From a virus (taxonomy: Duplodnaviria > Caudoviricetes), in IMG/VR virus record IMGVR_UViG_3300049844_000015, positions 1-39,727 of that record: a stretch of 39,727 nt of DNA, one strand, 5' to 3'. The position numbers and the translations under genes are program-made. The notes under the pieces were generated by a model. That model worked only from the letters and a program-made list of their open reading frames with translations. It was not told the DNA's origin and did not search any database. Below are positions 26,616 to 33,832 of the stretch, in pieces. Every line of letters begins with the position of its first letter. Position 1 is the first letter of the stretch.

Positions 26616-27020
26616 ATGGCACAAGTAATCATCTTTACTAACTCAAACGGTGGCGTTAGCGTCTGCATCCCTACTGGTGAACTCGACATCAACGCTGTTA
26701 AGGCTAAGGACACCCCTAGCCACTCAATCATCGTTCAAGACTCTGAGCTGCCTCAAGCAGACAATGACTTCTTCAACGCTTGGGAACTCGCTAACGGTGT
26801 TGTCACTGTCAACATCGACAAGGCTAAAGAGATCACCAAGGCTCGTCTGCGTCAAGAGCGTGAGCCTTTGTTGGCTGCTCAAGATGTGTTGTTCCAACGT
26901 GCTTTGGAATCAGGTTCAGACACCACAGCTATCGTGGCTGAGAAGCAGCGTCTGCGTGACGTAACAGGCTTGGTTGATGCTTGCACAACTACTGCACAAC
27001 TTCGTGCTTTGACTGTTTAA
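26616..27020 (+). CDS. Tail fibre assembly chaperone-like protein
   Basis: LRQEREPLLAAQD...KQRLRDVT C-terminal pattern. Confidence 0.65.
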   Translation: MAQVIIFTNSNGGVSVCIPTGELDINAVKAKDTPSHSIIVQDSELPQADNDFFNAWELANGVVTVNIDKAKEITKARLRQEREPLLAAQDVLFQRALESGSDTTAIVAEKQRLRDVTGLVDACTTTAQLRALTV

Positions 27021-27030
27021 GGGGCATCCC

Positions 27031-27549
27031 ATGAGCGTAGTAATCAACGGCTCCGCAGGGGTCACAACAAACTCAGGTGCTGTGTATAACGGTATCCAAG
27101 CTGGCACTGCTGTCGCAAGCACATCTGGCACTAGCATTGACTTTACAGGCATCCCTTCTTGGGTGAAGCGTATTACTGTGATGTTAAACGGTGTGTCTAC
27201 ATCTGGAACCAGCTTGCTTCAAGTTCAACTTGGTGATTCTGGTGGTATTGAAACAACAGGATATACAAGTGGTGGTTGGATAAACAACACAACAACCAAT
27301 ACAAGTACCACTGGGTTTTTAGCTAACGCATCCACTGCTGCTGCAAATATTCAATATGGAATTATGACAATTGCGTTAGTTAGCGGTAATGTTTGGATTG
27401 CGTCTTGTTCATCTGGTTTTTCTGGCGGTGGTGGTTCTGTCACAGGTGGAACAAAAACACTTTCCGACACCCTGACTCAAGTACGCATCACCACAGTAAA
27501 CGGCACAGACACCTTTGACGCTGGTTCAATCAACATCTTGTACGAGTGA
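27031..27549 (+). CDS. Small tail-fibre tip-like protein C
   Basis: STSGTSIDFTGIPSWVKRIT...TFDAGSINILYE, a motif recurrent in aquatic phages. Confidence 0.65.
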   Translation: MSVVINGSAGVTTNSGAVYNGIQAGTAVASTSGTSIDFTGIPSWVKRITVMLNGVSTSGTSLLQVQLGDSGGIETTGYTSGGWINNTTTNTSTTGFLANASTAAANIQYGIMTIALVSGNVWIASCSSGFSGGGGSVTGGTKTLSDTLTQVRITTVNGTDTFDAGSINILYE

Positions 27550-27553
27550 CCCT

Positions 27554-27760
27554 ATGAGCGATACGATTTCAGTAACAGCAGCTCGTCTGGACACACATGA
27601 AGCTGTGTGCGCACAGCGTTATGAGCACATCAGTGACCGACTTGATAAGGGTGCAGAGCGCATGGACAAGATGCAATATCTGATCTATGCGGTCTTGGCG
27701 GCTGTGCTCCTCGGGCCAGGTGCTGCTGCTGAGTTCTTCAAACGACTGATCGGCTTGTAA
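27554..27760 (+). CDS. XhlA/holin-like membrane protein, 68 aa
   Basis: HEAVCAQRY coiled coil followed by a hydrophobic TM segment. Confidence 0.6.
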   Translation: MSDTISVTAARLDTHEAVCAQRYEHISDRLDKGAERMDKMQYLIYAVLAAVLLGPGAAAEFFKRLIGL

Positions 27761-27761
27761 T

Positions 27762-28517
27762 GTGGGTCCAGAAATTATGCTCGCGCTGCAAGCAATGCGT
27801 GCGGCATATTCTGGAATTCAATACTGCTGTGACTGTCTTAGAGAAGGCAGTGTCGAGATACAGCGCGTCAAAAAGACAGTCGAAGGCGGAGTCGCTGACG
27901 CCAAGAAAATCTACGCCGAGGTCACTGGATTCTGGGGATGGCTCAAAGGTTTACTGGGTGCGCCTGCACAACCTGCTGCAAGCCCTCAGCCCCAACCAAC
28001 CACCATCGCCCCCACATCGGCGAAACCTGTGGCGAAAAAGAAAGACGAGTACGTCGATCACATCCCCACACAAGACGAAATCGTCCAGCAGTTCATCGGT
28101 CATGTTGGCGAGTGGTTTGACAACTACAACACCCTAAAAGCCTTCACTGAGAAACGCTACACCGAGGTCTTCAGCAAAGACGTGATTGACCAAAAAGAGG
28201 TGTTAGAGTTGACCCAGCTTCAAGTCGAGGTGGATGCAGCGTACCCAGCTTTACATTCCCTCATGACCAGCAAAGCACCCTGGCAGCTCGGACCCATCTG
28301 GTCACAGTTCCAAGAGATGCAGGACAAGGTGAAAGCGGGTCAGGCTGCACGTCAAATGAAGGCTAAACGGGAGAAGGCACGCAACGATGCAATAGCTGCA
28401 CAGAAGCGCAGTGACCAGATAGACCGTAACATGACGTGGTTTTGGTCAATCCTGACCGTGGTTTATTTTTGGATCCTGATGGGCGCAGTATGGGTAAGCA
28501 CGAACAGAACGCAATAA
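27762..28517 (+). CDS. Hypothetical protein with a C-terminal TM helix, 251 aa
   Basis: Long ORF with phage-like codon usage; WFWSILTVVYFWILMGAVWV TM segment. Confidence 0.7.
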   Translation: MGPEIMLALQAMRAAYSGIQYCCDCLREGSVEIQRVKKTVEGGVADAKKIYAEVTGFWGWLKGLLGAPAQPAASPQPQPTTIAPTSAKPVAKKKDEYVDHIPTQDEIVQQFIGHVGEWFDNYNTLKAFTEKRYTEVFSKDVIDQKEVLELTQLQVEVDAAYPALHSLMTSKAPWQLGPIWSQFQEMQDKVKAGQAARQMKAKREKARNDAIAAQKRSDQIDRNMTWFWSILTVVYFWILMGAVWVSTNRTQ

Positions 28518-28714
28518 TTTACCTGCTGTGTGTGGTAATCGGCATCTTGCTGGTGCTCTTGTTTTTCTTCCTACTCGAAGGGATGAAGATGGACGCTCGG
28601 CTAAACCACAGCCGCAAGGAGCACGACAAATCGGCACTTGTGTTGCGCGAACAACGTGAGAAAATGGAACGTCTTTTGAAACAACTCAAGGAGAAAGAAA
28701 ATGACGGAAGCTGA
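28490..28714 (+). CDS. Single-TM coiled-coil protein, about 74 aa
   Basis: AIIYLLCVVIGILLVLLFFFLL TM segment then a charged helix. Confidence 0.6.
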   Translation: MGKHEQNAIIYLLCVVIGILLVLLFFFLLEGMKMDARLNHSRKEHDKSALVLREQREKMERLLKQLKEKENDGS

Positions 28715-28955
28715 ACGCGACCTATTTCAAAAAATGATGGGTAAGATCTACGGCGCAATCTGTGTTGCCGATTTCATCGTGTTCCCAATCATGTTCACGA
28801 TTGTGCAATTCTGGGAAACCCAAGCAGCCAATGATGCGTTTCGCCAGTGGGTTCCATTGACTCTGCAAAACGGTGGATTTGTTCACATCGCGTTTGCCGC
28901 GATCCTTGGCATCTCTTCACTGCAACGCAAAGAAGAGCCTAAAAATGCTGCGTAA
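28701..28955 (+). CDS. Putative holin (2 TM), 84 aa
   Basis: IYGAICVADFIVFPI...WVPLTLQNGGFVHIAFAAILGI; AAGGAG SD; upstream of the spanin and endolysin. Confidence 0.6.
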   Translation: MTEAERDLFQKMMGKIYGAICVADFIVFPIMFTIVQFWETQAANDAFRQWVPLTLQNGGFVHIAFAAILGISSLQRKEEPKNAA

Positions 28956-29340
28956 CCTTGGCGTGTTCATCGCGTGCTTGGTGATGACCTTCTTTGCAGG
29001 TAAGTACCAAGCGCGTCAAGAGATTCAAGCAGAGGTTGATCGTATTGAATCCAAGATGCAAGACGAAGCAGCCACTGCCACCGCCAAACTTGAAAAGGAA
29101 AAACAGGATGCGTTATCCAAAGTCAACCAGCTTCGTGCTGATGTCGCTACTGGTGCTCTCAGGTTGTCAGTCCGTGCCAGTTGCTCTGCCACCACTGCCG
29201 CAGGGGATTCAGAAGCGAGAGCCGAACTTGACACAAAGACTGCTGACGACCTTATCGCCATCGCAGCAGACGGCGACCAAGCAATCATCGAATTGAATTC
29301 GTGCATTGATTTTTACAACAACCTCAGAGGTATCAAATGA
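28945..29340 (+). CDS. Rz: Rz-like inner-membrane spanin
   Basis: N-terminal TM, coiled coil, LRADVATGALRLSVRASC, GDQAIIELNSC. Confidence 0.8.
   Translation: MLRNLGVFIACLVMTFFAGKYQARQEIQAEVDRIESKMQDEAATATAKLEKEKQDALSKVNQLRADVATGALRLSVRASCSATTAAGDSEARAELDTKTADDLIAIAADGDQAIIELNSCIDFYNNLRGIK
29108..29296 (+). CDS. Rz1: Rz1-like outer-membrane lipoprotein spanin embedded in Rz (+1 frame)
   Basis: MRYPKSTSFVLMSLLVLSG-C lipobox followed by Pro-rich QSVPVALPPLP. Confidence 0.75.
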   Translation: MRYPKSTSFVLMSLLVLSGCQSVPVALPPLPQGIQKREPNLTQRLLTTLSPSQQTATKQSSN

Positions 29341-29807
29341 CAAACCTAACCCCACACTTCACCCTAGAAGAACTAACTCACACAGATCACCGCGCGCTCG
29401 ACAACACGCCAACCGAGCGCGAGAAGTGCATCATCAACGGCCAAGAGGTTTACGTCAACGCCGTTGCGAATCTGCCGCGCTTGGCTGACTTCTTGGAACA
29501 GCTAAAAGTCATTTTGGGCGGCAAGCCAATCATGGTAAACAGCGCGTTTCGTTCTGAAGCCGTGAACACTGCTGTGGGTTCCAAGAACACCAGCGACCAT
29601 CGCCGAGGGTGCGCCGCTGACATCCGTGTGCCAGGTATGACCCCTGACGAAGTGGTGCGTGCCATCATCGCCAGCGATCTACCCTATCAGCAGGTCATCC
29701 GTGAGTTTGACAGTTGGACACACATTGCCATCACAACCAATGATTCTGATGTGCCCAAGAAGTCCAAGCTGATCATTGACAAGCAGGGGACTCGACCTTT
29801 TGCTTAA
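29337..29807 (+). CDS. Endolysin, peptidase M15A family
   Basis: LTPHFTLEEL, SAFRS..VN..VG...SDH..GCAADI and WTHI zinc-ligand motifs. Confidence 0.9.
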   Translation: MTNLTPHFTLEELTHTDHRALDNTPTEREKCIINGQEVYVNAVANLPRLADFLEQLKVILGGKPIMVNSAFRSEAVNTAVGSKNTSDHRRGCAADIRVPGMTPDEVVRAIIASDLPYQQVIREFDSWTHIAITTNDSDVPKKSKLIIDKQGTRPFA

Positions 29808-30012
29808 TGTCTTGACCAGGTTGACCGTTCACATAAATGGTTAACCGCTTGATACGGTCACCGTGGTATGCGGCCATTCGGGCTGCATACTCGGTGGCAC
29901 TCTGAGCGTTGAGCAACTCGCGCTTGGCCTCTTCCAGCTCAATCTGAGCCAGCTCCAGTGCAGACGGGGTGCGGAACATGTTTTTCAATGTCTTGATCAA
30001 GTTGTCCATCAC
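29773..30012 (-). CDS. Hypothetical protein, 79 aa
   Basis: Coupled to the MazG-like gene; AAGGAG SD; its 3' end overlaps the endolysin 3' end. Confidence 0.65.
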   Translation of the reverse strand: MMDNLIKTLKNMFRTPSALELAQIELEEAKRELLNAQSATEYAARMAAYHGDRIKRLTIYVNGQPGQDIKQKVESPACQ

Positions 30013-30314
30013 TGCTCCTTGACGAAGATGCCTTCTTCGTTCATGTACCCACGGCGATCCTTGATCTGCTCATAGGCAGCTTTGAGACAGTTGACCAGAT
30101 CAACATCGAGCAACGCGCACACATTGATCAGGCACACCACGGTGTCACCGATGGCGTCAATGGCCTCAACCTTGTCATCCTTACCCAAAGCATCAACTAA
30201 CTCATTGATCTCCTCCACGGCCTTCATAGCCTGTGCACGAGGGGTGCTGTTGGGGATGATCTTTCGGGCTTCGGACCACTGGATCACTTTCATTTCGACT
30301 TCTGAGTAACTCAC
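30009..30314 (-). CDS. MazG-like NTP pyrophosphohydrolase, about 101 aa
   Basis: KAVEEINEL...DAIGDTVVCL...AYEQIKDRRG; AAGGAG SD before the GTG at 30314. Confidence 0.85.
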   Translation of the reverse strand: MSYSEVEMKVIQWSEARKIIPNSTPRAQAMKAVEEINELVDALGKDDKVEAIDAIGDTVVCLINVCALLDVDLVNCLKAAYEQIKDRRGYMNEEGIFVKEQ

Positions 30315-30315
30315 T

Positions 30316-31728
30316 TCAAACTCCTTTTGATTGACGATATTGCTTGACCGCATTACGCAGTCCCGCTTGGGTTGTGGCCTTCTCATCGAGGGCCATTGCT
30401 TGAGCCTGATCCAAAGTAGCTTGCATCAGGATTCGGTGACACATGACTGGTGCACCTTGACCTTGGCGGCGCACACGAGCGTTGAACTGCTCGTACAGAT
30501 CCAAGGACCAGTTCAGACCGTACCACACCAGAATGTGACCATTCTTTTGCAGACCATCGATCCCGTGACCCATGGACGCAGGGTGGCCGATCATCAGGGC
30601 GCAGTCGCCCGTCTTCCAGCGGTGCATGGCGTTGGTCAACGAGGCTTCAGACTTGCACTCGGTCAGGTTGATCGGGCGCAGATCTTTGAATCGCTCCATG
30701 ATCCGCGCTGCATCGCTGCGGTAAGCATAGGCGCACAGGATCGGTGAGCCTTGGGCTTCGTCGATGATCTCTTCCAGTGCGTCGAGCTTCAGGTCGTGAA
30801 TGGGTTCCCACAGCGGCATACCGGCCACGGGGTACATGGCTCCGTTGGAGAACTGGAGACATTTGTTGGTCAGGGATGCCTGGTTGAACACCTCAACCGA
30901 GCTGCCGCTGTCGAGCTGCAAGAAGAACTCGCGTTCCATGGTTTCGTACTTGGCACGCAGGGCATCGGGCATCTCGATCTCGATGTTGTTCACGATCAAG
31001 TCGGGCAGTGGGTTGTAGTCCTCAGCCGACATCTCAAGGGTGATGTCACCGATGAGTTTTTTGATCGTGTCTTCGGTGTCCTCATAGGGCACTTCTTTGT
31101 ACGGCCCCACCTTGCGGTAGAAACGGGTGCGGAAGGCCGTTTTAGACGTGCCAAGGCGCTCACCCTTGTCCACCACGAGAAACTGCCCGTGCAGGTCCTT
31201 GTAGCCGTTTGACGCCGGTGTACCCGTGAGGCCCGTGGTCCAGTCAAAATGATTGGCGATCTTGCGGAAAGCCTTCACTCGATTGGTGGCGCTGTTTTTC
31301 ATCTTACTGATCTCGTCCCAGATGATTCCGTTGAACGGCATCGGGCGCTCTTTCTTGATGAAGTAGGTTTGCAGCGTCTCAGCCAGCCAGCCAAGGTTTT
31401 CGTAGTTCACAAGATATACATCGGCAGGACGCAGTAGAGCGCGGGTGCGCTGATCCCGTGTGCCGGTGACCATGCTGAACTTGAGGTCCTTGGTGTGCTC
31501 CCACTTGACAGCCTCTTGGCGCCACACGAGTCGGATCACACGGATCGGGGCCACGATGACCACACCGCGCAGGAACCCTGTTTTGATCAAATGAACGATC
31601 GATGTCAGGGTCGTGATTGTCTTCCCTAATCCCATATCGGCCCACATCATCGTGTGGGGCTTGGTGCACTGAAAATTGACCATCTTTTTCTGATAGCCGT
31701 GCATTAAATCCGGTGTCAATAACGCCAT
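30316..31728 (-). CDS. SNF2-like superfamily 2 helicase
   Basis: DMGLGKT, WDEIS, LTGTP, HPASMGHGIDGLQ and QFNARVRRQGQ motifs. Confidence 0.92.
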   Translation of the reverse strand: MALLTPDLMHGYQKKMVNFQCTKPHTMMWADMGLGKTITTLTSIVHLIKTGFLRGVVIVAPIRVIRLVWRQEAVKWEHTKDLKFSMVTGTRDQRTRALLRPADVYLVNYENLGWLAETLQTYFIKKERPMPFNGIIWDEISKMKNSATNRVKAFRKIANHFDWTTGLTGTPASNGYKDLHGQFLVVDKGERLGTSKTAFRTRFYRKVGPYKEVPYEDTEDTIKKLIGDITLEMSAEDYNPLPDLIVNNIEIEMPDALRAKYETMEREFFLQLDSGSSVEVFNQASLTNKCLQFSNGAMYPVAGMPLWEPIHDLKLDALEEIIDEAQGSPILCAYAYRSDAARIMERFKDLRPINLTECKSEASLTNAMHRWKTGDCALMIGHPASMGHGIDGLQKNGHILVWYGLNWSLDLYEQFNARVRRQGQGAPVMCHRILMQATLDQAQAMALDEKATTQAGLRNAVKQYRQSKGV

Positions 31729-32192
31729 TACTTTACCTTGTTGAGATACGCGAATTCACCATAGTGCTGAATCGCTGCATTGTTGTACGCAATTGCTGCT
31801 TCTTCGATCGTGTCAAAACGACCAAGATGTCCGTTTAATTGCGCTCTCCATTTACTTGTTGCTTTACAAAAGGTGACACCTTTGTACTTGTGAACTCTTG
31901 CCCTTGCATTTCCCAAATTTTGGGAATGGGTGCAAGGACGCAAGTTTTCAATTCTGTTGTCATCTCGCTGTCGATTGATGTGATCCAACTCGTTTACAAA
32001 TTCACCATGAAAGTACATCCAAACCAAGTGATGCACTCGATAAGATTTCCCGTCAACCACGGCTACACGGTAACCTTTGGGCTTTACTGTACCAATGACT
32101 GTGAACATGGGCGACCCTTTTACAGCCTTGGCGCGTAACAATTTGCCGTTGTCGTAGATGAACAGTTCGTGAAGTCGTTTTTGAGTGATCAT
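31728..32192 (-). CDS. Free-standing HNH-AP2 homing endonuclease
   Basis: YRVHHLVW...LDHINRQRDDNRIENLR...KWRAQL..HLGRFDTIEEAAIAY; AT-rich. Confidence 0.9.
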   Translation of the reverse strand: MITQKRLHELFIYDNGKLLRAKAVKGSPMFTVIGTVKPKGYRVAVVDGKSYRVHHLVWMYFHGEFVNELDHINRQRDDNRIENLRPCTHSQNLGNARARVHKYKGVTFCKATSKWRAQLNGHLGRFDTIEEAAIAYNNAAIQHYGEFAYLNKVK

Positions 32193-32232
32193 GTTATTTA
32201 CCAGAGTTGCACTCTATCCATGATACACCAAG

Positions 32233-32517
32233 TCAGCATCCCATCACCATTAAGTCAATCATCGCTTTACCCTCATTTACGTTATCAATTACAAAGACGT
32301 TCACTTTTTGTTCACGGAGTCGTTGGTGCTCTCGCTCTTGGGCACCTGTTGGCTTTTGACCTTCACGTTTGAATTCACAGAACCACACACGGCCATCTGG
32401 CGCGATGAACAAACGATCTGGCACAGCAGCCCGTGCGGGGCTGGTGAATTTGTACGCAAGCACACCCTTCGATTTGGCGTAGTCACAGACCTTTGCCTCA
32501 ATTTGTTTTTCGAGCAT
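32233..32517 (-). CDS. VRR-NUC domain nuclease
   Basis: LEKQIE...VPDRL...FCEFKREG..PT..Q; GGAGG SD before the ATG at 32517. Confidence 0.9.
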   Translation of the reverse strand: MLEKQIEAKVCDYAKSKGVLAYKFTSPARAAVPDRLFIAPDGRVWFCEFKREGQKPTGAQEREHQRLREQKVNVFVIDNVNEGKAMIDLMVMGC

Positions 32518-32680
32518 CGACGACCTCCGGTGCAATCTCGACGTAGCGCATCACGGTTTCGTCGTAGATCATTGTTGGCATAACTGGATGACGCAGCATG
32601 ATCTCGTTGTCCTTGGTCAAGAAGATCAGGGTTTGTTCGTCATACCCGAGGGGTAGGTCCATTGGGAATTGCTGTTTCAT
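32498..32680 (-). CDS. Hypothetical protein, 60 aa
   Basis: AAGGAG SD; ATGA coupling. Confidence 0.65.
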   Translation of the reverse strand: MKQQFPMDLPLGYDEQTLIFLTKDNEIMLRHPVMPTMIYDETVMRYVEIAPEVVDARKTN

Positions 32681-32892
32681 TTTTGCTCCTTGTCAAGTTC
32701 GTGCATTGCTCGGCGCAAATAAATTGCGTGGTCCAGTGATTCTTCGTATGCGTGCTGTAACCATTCTCTGAGTGACAGCGGGTTGTCTTTCACCGACACA
32801 CCATACTTTTTCAAACCAACGCGCTGCCTCTCGAAAATGTCAGCAGCAACCTTGTATTCAATGTCATCAGTGTTCACGACAGTCCCAAACAT
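32677..32892 (-). CDS. Small all-alpha NTP-pyrophosphatase-like (MazG-fold) protein, 71 aa
   Basis: RQRVGLKKYG...WLQHAYEESLDHAIYL; GGAG SD before the ATG at 32892. Confidence 0.65.
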   Translation of the reverse strand: MFGTVVNTDDIEYKVAADIFERQRVGLKKYGVSVKDNPLSLREWLQHAYEESLDHAIYLRRAMHELDKEQK

Positions 32893-33314
32893 AGCTTCTC
32901 CACTTCTCTGATGTAGTAATCGAAATCGACAGGCAGCTTGCCTGCATCCCTGATGTCGTTGCATGGCTGGACACCCCAACCAGACTCAACGCCAATCTTG
33001 CGCCACACCTCGGGCTTTGTCTTGGTAGGTGGCATCCACTTGAACAGTCGTCCACCGCCTTGTGCGATGTAGTAGCGTGTGATGTTTTGAAGCTGTGAGG
33101 TCACACCATCGTGTTCGATGGCCAGGTAACTGGATCGTGGAACCTTGGTGCGCAACATGAAGTCCATGATCTCAGGCCACTGCTCCACAGTCTCACGAAT
33201 CGGTGCGCCCTCAACCAGAACCTTTTCCGCGACCTTGGGGATCACGAGGCCACCGTGGTTTTGATGCCAGTCAAGATCCCACTCATAAGCACCTTTACGT
33301 TTTATCCTCGCCAT
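32874..33314 (-). CDS. Family-B DNA polymerase, C-terminal (thumb) fragment, 146 aa
   Basis: Begins MARIKRKGAY and ends DFDYYIREVEKL (PolB C-terminal YY motif); has its own GGAG SD and ATG inside the HNH gene. Confidence 0.85.
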   Translation of the reverse strand: MARIKRKGAYEWDLDWHQNHGGLVIPKVAEKVLVEGAPIRETVEQWPEIMDFMLRTKVPRSSYLAIEHDGVTSQLQNITRYYIAQGGGRLFKWMPPTKTKPEVWRKIGVESGWGVQPCNDIRDAGKLPVDFDYYIREVEKLCLGLS

Positions 33315-33832
33315 GTTGGTCGTGCTCCATGATTAGGGTGATACCCGATTAACATCTCCGCACCTTTACGTGCTGCGATCGCTTCATCGATTGATGGGAA
33401 ATACCCCAATGACAATCGTTCAGATTTATGAACATGTATGTAAGCATGCCATTTGTCTTTACTCTTATCGTAAGATACACCTGGTACTCCTGACGTGTTA
33501 TCTTTACGAACACCCATGTTGCGCAAATTATCTTGACGATTGACTAATCTCAAATTTGACCATCGATTGTCGGTTCGTACACCATTTATGTGATCTACAT
33601 CACAATCGGGCATAAACCCTTCCATGTAAACAAACGCTAAACGATGGACAACATAAGGTCTGCTATCGACATTGATTTGAAGATACCCAGCGATCGTTTT
33701 AGACTTGGGGACACTATTACAAGGTAGCCAGTTTCCAGCAAAACTTCGCCTCATGATGCGCTTCATTAACCCTGTGTCGGGGTCATAGTGAAGAAATGAT
33801 CGAACGTACTCTTTGGTTAAATTACTCATCAT
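33302..33832 (-). CDS. HNH-AP2 homing endonuclease inserted in the DNA polymerase gene, about 176 aa
   Basis: YDPDTG, HRLAF, VDHINGVRTDNRWSNLR, NTSGVPGV, LGYFPSIDEAIAAR; GGAG SD before the ATG at 33832/33829; AT-rich. Confidence 0.92.
   Translation of the reverse strand: MMSNLTKEYVRSFLHYDPDTGLMKRIMRRSFAGNWLPCNSVPKSKTIAGYLQINVDSRPYVVHRLAFVYMEGFMPDCDVDHINGVRTDNRWSNLRLVNRQDNLRNMGVRKDNTSGVPGVSYDKSKDKWHAYIHVHKSERLSLGYFPSIDEAIAARKGAEMLIGYHPNHGARPTWRG

Noticed and set aside
33300-33830. T4 gene 60-style ribosomal bypass joining the polymerase halves
   Set aside because: There is no GAG landing codon in the C-fragment frame near its start, the gap is about 500 nt, and the C-fragment has its own SD and ATG.
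33302-33832. Group I intron or intein in the polymerase
   Set aside because: The HNH ORF overlaps both polymerase fragments, leaving no non-coding ribozyme sequence. The in-frame stop, frame changes and lack of intein terminal residues exclude an intein. A covariance-model search should still be run.
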